A DNA stretch of 64,000 nucleotides from an uncultured Gemmataceae bacterium (GTDB lineage: Bacteria > Planctomycetota > Planctomycetia > Gemmatales > Gemmataceae), in the NCBI GenBank assembly GCA_963750165.1, contig CAVVPN010000003.1, positions 1,600,001 to 1,664,000 of the forward strand, in the 5' to 3' direction. Both the position numbers and the translations under genes were made by a program. Under the pieces are notes generated by a model. The model was not told where the DNA came from, did no database searches, and saw only the letters and a program-made list of their open reading frames with translations. How positions within the stretch are numbered: position 1 is the first letter of the stretch; each line of letters opens with the position of its first letter. Positions 19,400 through 29,173 of the stretch are shown here, piece by piece.

Positions 19400-20382
19400 A
19401 CGGCGGCGGCCGGCGGCAGGGCGTCGAGGTCCACGGCCGCCAACCCCGGCAGCGTGAAGCGCCGCCGCGATGTGACCAGCAACAGGCAGCCCTGCGACGG
19501 CGTCAGCCCCTCCAACTGCTCCGGGCCGGCGGCGATGTCCAGCAGCAGCAGCAGCACGCGCTTGCCCGCCAGTACACTATGGTACATGCCCTCCAGCGCC
19601 GCGTCGTCGTCCGGCAGGCGCTGCTCCAGCCCCAGGAACGAGCGGATCACGTGGCCGAGGATGTCGCGGCGCGGCAGCGGCGGCAAGCCGGCGTGGAAGC
19701 CGCTGAGGTCGAGCGCCACGTGGCCATCGCGGTAGCGCTCGCCGACCAGCGCCGCCAGCTTGCGGGCCAGCTCCGTCTTGCCGATGTCCCCCTGGCCGCG
19801 CACGCCGCTGATCGTCGCCCCGTGGTCGCAGTGCGCCAGCAGCGTTTGCAACTGCTCCGTGCGGCCGATGAAGTCCGGCACCGGCGCCGGCACCTGCCGC
19901 GGCCCCAGCAGCCCGCGCCGCCGCATCCAGCCCTGCAGCGCCAGGTACACGGCATGGCGCAGGTTGTCCGGCGTGGTGAATGTGGCGGCGACCAGGCCGG
20001 CGTTGCGAATCTTGTCGTGCAGGGCCTTGATGCGGTCGCGGTGCTCGGGCTGCTTGCGCTCCTCCGGCCAGGCGTACTGCGGATCGACGAGGAAGCACAG
20101 CCGTTCGAGGCCGCGCCGCGTGGCGTGGTCGAACTCGTGCTCGGTGACGGAGCGCTGGTCGCCGGGCAGGGGGTGGCCGAAGCGGTAGGCGAAGACGCCG
20201 ACGTAAACAGCCGCCCCCTCGAGCTTGAGCAGCGAGGCGCGGACGGCGTCGAGGTCGGCGGCCTCGAAGTCCTTCATATCGACGACGCCCAGGCCGAGCT
20301 CGTCGCAGGCGCGGCGGACGGCGGCGCGGTAGTCGGCCAGGTCGAGACTGGTGCTGCTGATGAAGACCGTGGCGAGGGGCAT
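19400..20382 (-). pseudogene. DUF4062 (TIR-like) + NB-ARC/STAND NTPase, truncated
   Basis: VFISSTSLDL..YR...SVTEHEFDHA; PRQVPAPVPDFIGR; Walker A GVRGQGDIGKT; Walker B LLLLLDIA; LLVTSR; homology stops after LDALPPAAA with no TPR/sensor region. Confidence 0.75.
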
Positions 20383-20729
20383 GGCGATTACCTCGGAGAA
20401 TCAATGGTGCCCGTATTATGGCGCGTCGCCGCTGCCATCGCCAGGGCGCCAGCGCGGCGTCACGGAATCCAGTTGCCTCACCCCCGCGGCGGCGAGACCA
20501 TTGGGCCGCGTCGTCCCACAATCCCTGCGCCCACCCGAGAGTCCCGGTGATGAGTGCCCCGTCTCCCAGCCTGTTGGACCGCCTGGCCCCGGAGCTCGTC
20601 GCCTTCGAGCGCCGCTCCTTCGCCCTGCGCGACGACCTCGAACGCCTCGACGTGGTTGCTCAAGCGCCTTGACCGCTCCTTCCAGGGTCGTTCGCTTCTG
20701 GCTCCGCGCCTGCTGGGAGTTGACTGGGG

Positions 20730-20865
20730 GAGTGGGGTAAGGGTAGGGAATGGGCGCCGCCCCTGGGGCAGTCAGGGGGGTGCGTGAAATGAAATGAAAC
20801 GCAAGCCCTCCCTGGCACGATTTCTATTATACCGCCCAGCCCGCTTCCGGGGAACGGCCCTGCGC
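20730..20865 (-). ncRNA. Candidate promoter-driven small RNA / leader element, copy 1
   Basis: About 135-bp match (inverted) to 39075-39205; TATAAT at 20831-20826 followed by GTGCCAGGGAGGG...CCCCCCTGAC hairpin. Confidence 0.45.
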
Positions 20866-21025
20866 CCGCGGCCAGGGCCGTTCGGGGGCTCCTCCCACCG
20901 GGGGAGGCGGAAGCGAACGGCCCTGCCGTTCCTTCCTACCGACCTCGACCAGAAAACCCATCCACGGTAACATCCTCCCATCCATACTGACCGTGTACCA
21001 TTCCACAATCTTTAAGGAGGGAGCG

Positions 21026-22138
21026 ATGAGCAGCGTCCGGGTTCTGGTGGGCACGCGCAAGGGCGCGTTCGTCCTGACATCCGACGGCAAGCGCCAGCGG
21101 TGGGAGGTCAGCGGCCCCCACTTCGGCGGCTGGGAAATCTACCACGTAAAGGGTTCGCCCGTCGATCCGAACCGGCTGTATGCGTCGCAGTCCAACGGCT
21201 GGTTCGGGCAAAAAATTCAGCGCTCCGACGACGGCGGCCAGACGTGGGAGCCGGTCGGCGACCAGTTCGCCTACGACGGCACACCCGGCACGCACCTGTG
21301 GTACGACGGCACGCCGCACCCCTGGGCGTTCAAGCGCGTCTGGCACCTGGAGCCGTCGCTGACCGACCCGGACACCGTCTACGCCGGCGTGGAGGACGCC
21401 GCCCTGTTCCGCTCGGCCGACGGCGGCAAGACATGGCAGGAACTGCCCAGCCTGCGCGATCAGCAAGGCGCGTACTGGGTGCCCGGCGCCGGCGGCATGG
21501 GCCTGCACACCATCCTGCTCGACCCGGGCAACCCCGGCCGCATTTACATCGCGATCTCCGCGGCGGGCGCTTTCCGCAGTGACGACGCGGGCCAGACGTG
21601 GAAGCCGATCAACCGCGGCCTGTATTCGAAGTACATGCCCAACCCGACGGCCGAGGTCGGCCACTGCGTCCACCGCATCGCCATGCACCGGTCGCGCCCG
21701 GGGACGCTGTTCATGCAGAAGCACTGGGATGTTCTGCGCACCGACGACGCCGGCGAGTCGTGGCACAAGGTCAGCGGCAACCTACCAACCGACTTCGGCT
21801 TCGTGATCGACGTGCATGCGCACGAGCCGGAGACGGTCTACGTCGTGCCGATCAAGAGCGACAGCGAGCACTACCCGCCGGAGGGCAAGTTGCGCGTCTA
21901 CCGCAGCCGCGCGGGCGGCCACGAGTGGGAGCCGCTCACCAACGGCCTGCCGCAGCGCGACTGCTACGTCAACGTGCTGCGCGACGCAATGGCCGTGGAC
22001 GCGCTCGACGAGTGCGGCGTGTACTTCGGCACCACCGGCGGCCAGGTGTATGCGTCGGCCGACGGCGGCGACCGTTGGGCGCCAGTCGTCCGCGACCTGC
22101 CCGCGGTGCTGTCCGTGGAGGTGCAGACCCTGCCATGA
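21026..22138 (+). CDS. BNR/Asp-box beta-propeller protein (exo-alpha-sialidase-like)
   Basis: Repeated SxDGGxTW Asp-boxes; [11 protein letters not shown]-terminus; AAGGAGG RBS. Confidence 0.88.
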   Translation: MSSVRVLVGTRKGAFVLTSDGKRQRWEVSGPHFGGWEIYHVKGSPVDPNRLYASQSNGWFGQKIQRSDDGGQTWEPVGDQFAYDGTPGTHLWYDGTPHPWAFKRVWHLEPSLTDPDTVYAGVEDAALFRSADGGKTWQELPSLRDQQGAYWVPGAGGMGLHTILLDPGNPGRIYIAISAAGAFRSDDAGQTWKPINRGLYSKYMPNPTAEVGHCVHRIAMHRSRPGTLFMQKHWDVLRTDDAGESWHKVSGNLPTDFGFVIDVHAHEPETVYVVPIKSDSEHYPPEGKLRVYRSRAGGHEWEPLTNGLPQRDCYVNVLRDAMAVDALDECGVYFGTTGGQVYASADGGDRWAPVVRDLPAVLSVEVQTLP

Positions 22139-22434
22139 TCCGTGTCATTCTACCGTATCATCTGCGGACGCTGGCGCGCGTTAGCGGCGGCGAGGTGCAA
22201 CTCGACGTGGCGGGCGCCGCCACGCAACGCGCGGTGCTGGACGCGCTGGAGGCGCGCTTCCCGGTGTTGCGCGGGACCATCCGCGACCACGGCTCGCTGC
22301 GGCGCCGGCCGCTGCTGCGCTTCTTCGCCTGCGAGCGCGACCTGTCGGATGAGGAACCGGATGCGCCGCTGCCCGAGGCGGTCGCGTCGGGGGCGGAGCC
22401 GTTCTGGGTCGTCGGAGCCATCGCCGGTGGCTGA
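22135..22434 (+). CDS. MoaD/ThiS-family ubiquitin-like protein
   Basis: [14 protein letters not shown]...[14 protein letters not shown]...VVGAIAGG* with C-terminal GG; ATGA overlap with the upstream gene. Confidence 0.9.
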   Translation: MIRVILPYHLRTLARVSGGEVQLDVAGAATQRAVLDALEARFPVLRGTIRDHGSLRRRPLLRFFACERDLSDEEPDAPLPEAVASGAEPFWVVGAIAGG

Positions 22435-22443
22435 GCGCCATTC

Positions 22444-22503
22444 TCGTGGGGCAGGCTTTCCAGGCTGCCGAGGGACCGGCAGCCTGGAAAGCCTGCCCCA
22501 CGA
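22444..22503. repeat. GTGG-type REP doublet
   Basis: TCGTGGGGCAGGCTTTCCAGGCTGCCG, 6 nt, then its reverse complement. Confidence 0.88.
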
Positions 22504-22695
22504 CAGGAGCAAGTCCGCCCGCCAGAATTGCCCGAACGATTCTTGCGACGAAAGGCGGCCAATCACGTGGGATACCGAACCGCAATCCTGGCGCGGCCGC
22601 CGGCGACCCAGGCCCACCGCCGCAGCCTTGATGCCCCGCCGCGCGCCAACCGCTATCATGGCAGCAACGTCAGCCCCGACCCGGAGCCCGCCGCC

Positions 22696-23832
22696 ATGAG
22701 CGACCCCGTTGCCGTCCGCCGCGCCGCCCTGCTGCCGACCTTCCGCCGCGCCCTCGACCTGGCCGCGGACCGGGCGCGGCGCGTCGTCGAGCAGTACCCC
22801 AATTACGCTCCGATGTACACCGTCGGCGGCCGCTGGCGACAGGAGCCGGAGCACTGGACGCACTGGTGCGAAGGGTTTTACCCCGGCATCTACTGGCTGC
22901 TGCACCGGCACACCGGCGACGCGCTGTGGCGGCACGTCGCCGAGCAAGCCAGCCGCGCCCTGAAGCCGCGCCGCTTCGACCGAGCCGTCCACGACCTGGG
23001 CTTTTTGTTCTTCTCGACGTACCTGCGCTGGTTCCGGCAAACGGGTGAACCGGCACTGCGGCAGGTGCTGATCGAGGCGGGCCGAACGCTGGCGCTGCGG
23101 CGGCAGGTCGGCGGTTACCTGGCGTCGTTCATCGGCCCGGAGTCGCTGTTCATCGACATCATGATGAACGTCGGCCTCATCCTCTGGGCCGCCAACGCCA
23201 CCGACGACGCGACGCTGCGGGCCATCGCCCTGGAGCATTGCCGCACCACGCAGCGTTACCTCGTGCGCGGCGACGGTGGCACCGCCCATGAGGGCATCTT
23301 CGACGTGCAGACCGGGCAGTTCCTGCGTGAGAGCACGCACCAGGGCTATCGGCCTGAGAGCACCTGGACGCGCGGCCTGGCCTGGGCGATCTACGGCTTC
23401 ACAGCGGTGCATCGGCTGAGCGGCGCGGCGGAGTTTCTGGACACGGGCCGCCGCTGCGCCGAGTGTTACCTGCGCCGCGCCCCGCAGGGGCTGGTGCCGC
23501 CGTGGGACTTCGACGCACCGGCGGCCGGCCGGCAGCCGTGGGACAGTTCCGCGGCGGCGATCACCGCGAGCGGCCTGTGGGACCTGGCCGAACAGACGGC
23601 CGACACCGCCGAGCAGCAACGCTACCGCCTGACGGCGCTGACGGCACTGGAGACGTTGTGTTCGGAGCAATTTCTGCCGTGGGACCGACCGGAATGGGAG
23701 GGGATTTTGCTGCACGGCGTTTATCATTACCACAAGGGGCTGGGCGTCGATGAGTCGGTGGCCTGGGGGGACCACTTCTTCGTCGAGGCTCTGGTGAAGG
23801 TGGTCCACAACTGCTCCGACGCGGGATGGTGA
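22696..23832 (+). CDS. GH88 unsaturated glucuronyl hydrolase
   Basis: WCEGFYPG, HDLGF, IDIMMN, HQGY...WTRGLAWAIYGF, DSSAAAI and WGDHFFVEAL motifs. Confidence 0.9.
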   Translation: MSDPVAVRRAALLPTFRRALDLAADRARRVVEQYPNYAPMYTVGGRWRQEPEHWTHWCEGFYPGIYWLLHRHTGDALWRHVAEQASRALKPRRFDRAVHDLGFLFFSTYLRWFRQTGEPALRQVLIEAGRTLALRRQVGGYLASFIGPESLFIDIMMNVGLILWAANATDDATLRAIALEHCRTTQRYLVRGDGGTAHEGIFDVQTGQFLRESTHQGYRPESTWTRGLAWAIYGFTAVHRLSGAAEFLDTGRRCAECYLRRAPQGLVPPWDFDAPAAGRQPWDSSAAAITASGLWDLAEQTADTAEQQRYRLTALTALETLCSEQFLPWDRPEWEGILLHGVYHYHKGLGVDESVAWGDHFFVEALVKVVHNCSDAGW

Positions 23833-23835
23833 ATC

Positions 23836-24315
23836 ATGAAGATCGCGATTGTCAGCGACACGCACAGCCGCTACCACACCGTCGAGGCGGCACTGCAGTT
23901 GATCGGCGAGCGCGGCGTGGAGTTGATCCTGCACTGCGGCGACATCGAGGACGCGGACACAGTCTGGTTGTTTCCGGGCACGACGCACTTCGTCTTCGGC
24001 AACTGTGACACGGAGCGCGCGAGCGTGCGCCAGGCGGTCTACGGCATCGGCGCGACGCTGCACGAGCCTTTCGGCCGGCTGGAACTGGAGGATGTCAAGC
24101 TGGCGTTCCTGCACGGCGACGACCACGCGCTGCTGCGGCAGCTGATCGACAGCGGCGAATATGCTTATCTGTTCCACGGCCACACGCACCAGCGCCGCGA
24201 CGAGCAAATCGGCCCGACGCGCGTCATCAATCCGGGGGCGCTGCACCGCGCCGCGGTCAAGACGTTCGCGGTGCTCGACCTGGCCAGCGGCGACCTCGAA
24301 ACGGTGGCCGTGTGA
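23836..24315 (+). CDS. YfcE-like metallophosphoesterase
   Basis: SDTH, HCGD, GNCD, HG, HGHTH and NPGA motifs. Confidence 0.92.
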   Translation: MKIAIVSDTHSRYHTVEAALQLIGERGVELILHCGDIEDADTVWLFPGTTHFVFGNCDTERASVRQAVYGIGATLHEPFGRLELEDVKLAFLHGDDHALLRQLIDSGEYAYLFHGHTHQRRDEQIGPTRVINPGALHRAAVKTFAVLDLASGDLETVAV

Positions 24316-24328
24316 CCGCGAGGGCAGC

Positions 24329-25243
24329 ATGCGTGACGTGGACGACGACCCCTTGCCGAGCCGCAACGCCGCCGCGATCGCCGGTGTGCGCCGCCGTTAC
24401 CGCAATTTTCGCCTGCTGTTCCTGGGCTTCCTGCTCACGATCCCCTTGAGCTGCGTCGGTTCGACCTTGGTCGTCAGCATCGGGCACCACTTGCCCACTT
24501 TCTTCGCAATCGTTTTCGTGTTCCTGCTGATTCTGCCGTTCGTCGGCGCCGTTGGTGCGGCGCTGACGGTGCGGCGGTGGCGCCGCGCCGCCCGCGCCGT
24601 GGCCGTGGCGGAGCAGGCGGAAAACATGGGTCTGTTCTACTCCCACCGGCCCGGCCCGTCGGAAATCGCGTGGCTGCAAGGGCTGCGCATGTACCGCGAC
24701 GCCGCACGCGCCCCAAGGGCGAACAACCTGGTCACGGGCGTCTTCGACGGCGTTTCCGTCCTGCTGATGGATTACATCCTGTCCACCGGCTCCAGGGAGA
24801 ACCGCATCGACTACCGTCAAACGCTGGTCGTGTGCCGTCGGATCGTCAAGGGCGTGCCCGATTTCCTGGTCCAGCCGAAGCGCCTGCGCGACCGGCTCGC
24901 GGAGTGGTGGCTCGGCGGCCGCATTTTCGACGTGCCGGACGCGCCGGAGTTCAACCAGCAGTACGTGCTGCACGGCCGGCCCGAGGACGGTGTGCAGGAG
25001 TGCTTCACGCCGGAGGTGGTGGCGCTGCTGCTGGCCGAGAAGGACTGGACCGTGGAGGTGTGGGGCGGCCTGCTGGCGGTGCAGCGCTTCCGCAAGCACC
25101 TGGTCCCCGACCGCTACCCCGCCTTCGTGCTGCGGACGCTCCGCCTCGCCAGTCTGCTGCGGCGGGCGCTCAGCGAACCTGAACCGCCGCGGCCGCCTCT
25201 TCCTCCTCAGGAGGGCATCGTGCCCGCCGACCCGAATTCTTGA
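24329..25243 (+). CDS. Hypothetical membrane protein (2 TM plus soluble domain)
   Basis: Two hydrophobic helices followed by a QT..PDF..QP...FNQQY domain; operonic position. Confidence 0.7.
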   Translation: MRDVDDDPLPSRNAAAIAGVRRRYRNFRLLFLGFLLTIPLSCVGSTLVVSIGHHLPTFFAIVFVFLLILPFVGAVGAALTVRRWRRAARAVAVAEQAENMGLFYSHRPGPSEIAWLQGLRMYRDAARAPRANNLVTGVFDGVSVLLMDYILSTGSRENRIDYRQTLVVCRRIVKGVPDFLVQPKRLRDRLAEWWLGGRIFDVPDAPEFNQQYVLHGRPEDGVQECFTPEVVALLLAEKDWTVEVWGGLLAVQRFRKHLVPDRYPAFVLRTLRLASLLRRALSEPEPPRPPLPPQEGIVPADPNS

Positions 25244-25255
25244 GGAGGATACTGT

Positions 25256-25897
25256 ATGGCCACCGTCTGGTTCACCGCCGACCTGCACCTGGGGCACGGC
25301 AACATCATCAAATACTGTCTGCGGCCGCACCTGTCCGCCGAGGAACGCCGGCTGGCGCAGCGCGACGCGCGCGGCCACTGGCGCGTCTCGGACGAGACGG
25401 TCGAGCGCCACGACACCGCACTGCTCGACGCCATCAACGGCATGGTGGACAAGGGCGATACGCTCTGGATTCTGGGTGACTTCTGCCGCGGCGGCTTCGA
25501 CGAGGCTCGCGGCTACCGCGACCGCATCCTGTGTCAGCACGTCCATCTGGTGTGGGGCAACCACGATCACCGGTCGATCCGGCCGCTGTTCGGCCAGGCC
25601 ATCGAGCAGGGCATGGTCCACGCGGAGGGCCAGGAAATCTGGCTCAACCATTACCCGATGCGCAGCTGGAACAAGAGCTTTCACGGCAGCTGGCACCTGT
25701 ACGGCCACGTCCACGGCCGGCTGGCCGCGGAGGACGCCGCCCGTCCCCACATGCTGACGCGCGACGTGGGTGTCGATGCCTGCGACTTTCAGCCCGTAAG
25801 CTTCGCGGCGCTGCGCACCTACATGGCCCCGCGCGTCGAAGCGTTCCGACAGCGCCAGGCTCAGTTCGCGCTGGGGGAAGGGCCCGCGATGGAGTGA
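25256..25897 (+). CDS. Calcineurin-like metallophosphoesterase
   Basis: ADLHLGH, LGDF, GNHD, HYPM, GHVH and DVGVD motifs; GAGGAG RBS. Confidence 0.9.
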   Translation: MATVWFTADLHLGHGNIIKYCLRPHLSAEERRLAQRDARGHWRVSDETVERHDTALLDAINGMVDKGDTLWILGDFCRGGFDEARGYRDRILCQHVHLVWGNHDHRSIRPLFGQAIEQGMVHAEGQEIWLNHYPMRSWNKSFHGSWHLYGHVHGRLAAEDAARPHMLTRDVGVDACDFQPVSFAALRTYMAPRVEAFRQRQAQFALGEGPAME

Positions 25898-26134
25898 CGT
25901 GGGCGGCGCCCTGTGCCGATGCGGTACACTCCTGGTCCGGAGCCGCCCGCCGCCCACCGATGGCCCGCACCTCTGCCTCAGCCCCGGCCAGCGTTGCAAG
26001 TGGTTCCCCGCCAGATTCTTGAGTACGCTCTCTCCCATCCGGCCCACTTCACCCCGGTTCGCGGAATGGCGTTTGCGATAGCGCCACCTGGTAAATCTCC
26101 GATCATCGCCCGGGTGAACATAAGGAGGGTCGCC

Positions 26135-26566
26135 ATGAACGTCCGATGCCATGCGAGACTCGCGCTGGTAGCCTTCGCCCTGCTCCTGACGCTGGCCGCA
26201 CCGGGTCGCCCCGAGGAGTTCAAGTTTACCAGCCACGTCACGGTGCCGAACCTTGCCCCGAACGTGGCCGTGAAGTACGAGTGCTGGATGGCCATGAACG
26301 GCGAGCTGACCATGACCTACCTGGGCGAGCAGTGGGCCACGCCGAATGGCGAAGTCACCTTCGTCATGCCGGGTTCGCCGACGTTCCTGGCGAGCAGGCA
26401 TTGCCTGGTCGAACTGCGTACCACCACCGAACTCGGCAAGGTCACGCACTACCGTCCCGGCGACCTGGACTGGAACGTGGAGGTCGTGACCACCGGCGGC
26501 CACCAGGACATTTTCCTGTCGCTGCGGTCGCTGCCCATTCCGGTGCTGTCGCCGACGCCGCGGTAA
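26135..26566 (+). CDS. Secreted hypothetical protein
   Basis: AAGGAGG RBS, signal peptide, beta-rich 143-aa ORF. Confidence 0.65.
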   Translation: MNVRCHARLALVAFALLLTLAAPGRPEEFKFTSHVTVPNLAPNVAVKYECWMAMNGELTMTYLGEQWATPNGEVTFVMPGSPTFLASRHCLVELRTTTELGKVTHYRPGDLDWNVEVVTTGGHQDIFLSLRSLPIPVLSPTPR

Positions 26567-26658
26567 GAAGCCCACGGAGATGGCCGCGGTCCCGCTCTCT
26601 GCGTGCGTAGAATGGTAACAGAGAGTTGGGATAACGGCCGCCCCCGGAGGGACAGATC

Positions 26659-26862
26659 ATGTTGGAGCGCGTCAAGGTGTTCTCATTCGCCAGCGGCCAC
26701 GGCGAGACGTTGGTGGAACCACCGCACGAGGAGCACATCAACCAGTGGCTCGCGGCCGTCAAGGGTCAGATCGTGGACATCACCCAGTCCGAGAGCGAAC
26801 GCGCCGGCGCCGGCCATCACGTCACGGTCTGCATCTGGTACGTGCCCAGCGAGTCCACGTAG
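26659..26862 (+). CDS. Small hypothetical protein (67 aa)
   Basis: GGAGG RBS; typical codon usage; INQWL...IVDITQS...VCIWY pattern. Confidence 0.7.
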   Translation: MLERVKVFSFASGHGETLVEPPHEEHINQWLAAVKGQIVDITQSESERAGAGHHVTVCIWYVPSEST

Positions 26863-26882
26863 CGGGGCGGCACGAGGCAACG

Positions 26883-28106
26883 TCATACGCTGCCGCCCGC
26901 CAGCCAACCCGTGCTCCACGCCGCCTGGAAGTTGTAGCCGCCAATCGGGCCGTCCAGGTCCAGCACCTCGCCCGCCAGGAACAGCCCCGGCGCCAGCTTG
27001 CTCTCCATCGTCCGCGAATCCACTTCGCCGAGCGCGACGCCGCCCGCCGTCACCTCCGCTTTCTTGAAGCCGAGGGTGCCGGTCAGCGGGATCGGTAGTC
27101 GCTTCATCAGCCCCGCCAATCGGGCGCGATCCGCCTTGCTCAGCGCCGCTGCGGTGCGGTCGGTCGGCAGCCCCGCCAGTGACAGCAGGCTGTCACACAA
27201 CCGCCGCGGAATCTGCTGCGCCAACACGCCCGCCAGCTGCCGCTTGCCCGCCGCCGCGGACTCGCGTTGCAGGAACTCCGCAACCTCCGCTTCCTTCATC
27301 CCCGGCACCAGGTCCACCTCCAACGTCAGCGTCCTGGGCTGGGCGTGACCGCTCACGACCCGGCTCACGTCGAGGGCTACCGGCCCGGACAGGCCGAAGT
27401 GCGCGAACAGCAGCGAACCGCGCCGCGCCGCCAGGCATCGGCCCGCTTCCATGACGCGCACCGCCACGTCCGGCAGGGTCAGGCCGGTCATGCCGGTGAC
27501 CCACGCCGCCTCGACGGTGAGCGGCACCAGGGCGGGCCGCGGCGGCACAATGGTGTGGCCGAACTGCGCCGCCAGGCGGTAGCCGTCGCCGGTGGTGCCG
27601 CTGCCGGGATACGACTGGCCGCCCGTGGTCAAAATCACCTTCGCGGAGGGGAGCACGCGCTGCGGGGTGGTGACGGCCCAGCCGTCGGCAGTGCGGGCCA
27701 GGGCAGTGACGGGCTCGGCCAGGGCCAGGGTGGCGCCGGCGCGCTCCAGGCGGCGCAGCAGGGCGGCGAGCACGTCGGCGGCCCGGTTGCTGACGGGGAA
27801 GACCTTGCCGGTCTCCTCGACCTTGGTGGCGACGCCCTCGGCCTCGAAGAAGGCGACAGTGGCCTCGACGCTCAGGGCCGCCAGCGCTGAAAACAAGAAG
27901 CGCCCTGGCGGCCCGTATTCGGCGACAATGCCGCGGTTGTCGGTGGCATGAGTAAGGTTGCAGCGTGTGCCGCCGGACATCAGAATCTTGACGCCCGGCT
28001 TGCGGTTCTTCTCCAGCACCAGCGTGCGCCGGCCGCGCTCCGCCGCGGCGCTGGCCGCCATCAGCCCGGCGGCGCCGGCGCCGATCACGATCACGTCCTG
28101 GGTCAT
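26883..28106 (-). CDS. HI0933/BaiN-family flavoprotein
   Basis: GAGAAG, KILMSGGTRCNLT, TGGQSYPGSGTTGDG, VTAGGV and GGYNFQAAWSTG motifs. Confidence 0.95.
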   Translation of the reverse strand: MTQDVIVIGAGAAGLMAASAAAERGRRTLVLEKNRKPGVKILMSGGTRCNLTHATDNRGIVAEYGPPGRFLFSALAALSVEATVAFFEAEGVATKVEETGKVFPVSNRAADVLAALLRRLERAGATLALAEPVTALARTADGWAVTTPQRVLPSAKVILTTGGQSYPGSGTTGDGYRLAAQFGHTIVPPRPALVPLTVEAAWVTGMTGLTLPDVAVRVMEAGRCLAARRGSLLFAHFGLSGPVALDVSRVVSGHAQPRTLTLEVDLVPGMKEAEVAEFLQRESAAAGKRQLAGVLAQQIPRRLCDSLLSLAGLPTDRTAAALSKADRARLAGLMKRLPIPLTGTLGFKKAEVTAGGVALGEVDSRTMESKLAPGLFLAGEVLDLDGPIGGYNFQAAWSTGWLAGGSV

Positions 28107-28118
28107 CGGCCGCGGCCC

Positions 28119-28478
28119 TTACTTTTCGACCCAGGTCACGGGCTGCGGCTGGATGTCCGGCGTGGGCCGGCCGCCGGCGTCCTGGCGACCGCTGCCGGCC
28201 AGGCGGCTGATGGCGCGCACGCTCATGTCGTGGTCGCAGAGAATCTGGCAACTGAGACGCACGCCGGTCAGGCCGCGCGCCGCCAGCACCTGTTTCTCGG
28301 CGGCGGTCATCTTCTGCGGCTCGCCCTCGACGAACTCGACGCGGCATGTGGTGCAGCGGGCGTTGCCACCGCAGGCGTGCAGTTGGTCGATCTTCGCCTC
28401 GTCCTCCAGGGCCAGGACGAGCCGCTTGTTGTCCGGCACGTCAAACGTCCCGGCGCCCTCGACGGTTAACTTCGGCAT
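28119..28478 (-). CDS. 2Fe-2S ferredoxin
   Basis: HACGGNARCTTC...RLSCQ; AAGGAGG RBS before MPKL. Confidence 0.92.
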   Translation of the reverse strand: MPKLTVEGAGTFDVPDNKRLVLALEDEAKIDQLHACGGNARCTTCRVEFVEGEPQKMTAAEKQVLAARGLTGVRLSCQILCDHDMSVRAISRLAGSGRQDAGGRPTPDIQPQPVTWVEK

Positions 28479-28535
28479 GACGCCCTCCTTTCGCGGAAGC
28501 GGGTTCCAGGCCGTCATTGTAGCGATTTGTCGTTT

Positions 28536-28585
28536 TTCTGCCGCTTGCGGCTTAGCGCTCTTGCGCTAAGCCGCAAGCGGCAGAA
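28536..28585. repeat. Palindromic REP-like element
   Basis: TTCTGCCGCTTGCGGCTTAGCG, 6 nt, then CGCTAAGCCGCAAGCGGCAGAA. Confidence 0.85.
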
Positions 28586-28624
28586 TAGCAGAAGGGAAGC
28601 GCCGGGATGGACGCGCGGCCGCGG

Positions 28625-29077
28625 TCAGGTTTTGCCGCGCTGCTGGCGGCAGGCCTGTTCGTAGAATTGCTCGAACTGATGGCCGCTCATCCGGGCGAGC
28701 TTGCGAGCCAGCTCCGGCCACGATTCCTCGAACAGGTCCACGAGGACCGCCTTGAAGGGGCGGACGAACCGGACGAGCGACGGCGGCGCGGCGCAGGCTT
28801 CGATCAGCGCCCGCAGTTCCTCGTCGGTGAAATCGTGGCGGGCGCGCGGCGGTGATGGGCGGTCGCGGAAGTGCTGATACAGCAGCAGGAAGGTGCCGCG
28901 GCGCAGGCGAACAAGCCGTCTGGCCAGGGTCGGGGCCGTTTCCGCCAGCGCCTTGTTGAGCAGCCGCTTGAAGGCGGGCAGATGGCACCCGCCCAGATCG
29001 AGCTGCCGGTACTGGCGACAGAGGATGCGGTACTCTTCGGGAGTGAAGCGCAGATAGCTCAAAAGGCTTCCTTTCAC
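28625..29077 (-). CDS. Hypothetical protein with an internal two-fold repeat
   Basis: FTPEEYRIL...FKRLL...PTLARRLVRL...LY repeated as FTDEELRAL...FKAVL...PELARKLARM...FY. Confidence 0.6.
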   Translation of the reverse strand: MKGSLLSYLRFTPEEYRILCRQYRQLDLGGCHLPAFKRLLNKALAETAPTLARRLVRLRRGTFLLLYQHFRDRPSPPRARHDFTDEELRALIEACAAPPSLVRFVRPFKAVLVDLFEESWPELARKLARMSGHQFEQFYEQACRQQRGKT

Positions 29078-29173
29078 GTTCCGGGAAGGGCGACGTTAAG
29101 GCAAGCGCGTGAGTTTGAGGAAGATACTTATAACAACCCTCCCGCCCGGCCGCAACCCTTCCCCGCCGGAAAA

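Noticed and set aside
20549..20672. 40-aa ORF MSAPSPSLLDRLAPEL...
   Set aside because: Could be a gene fragment, but no recognisable motif or clear RBS
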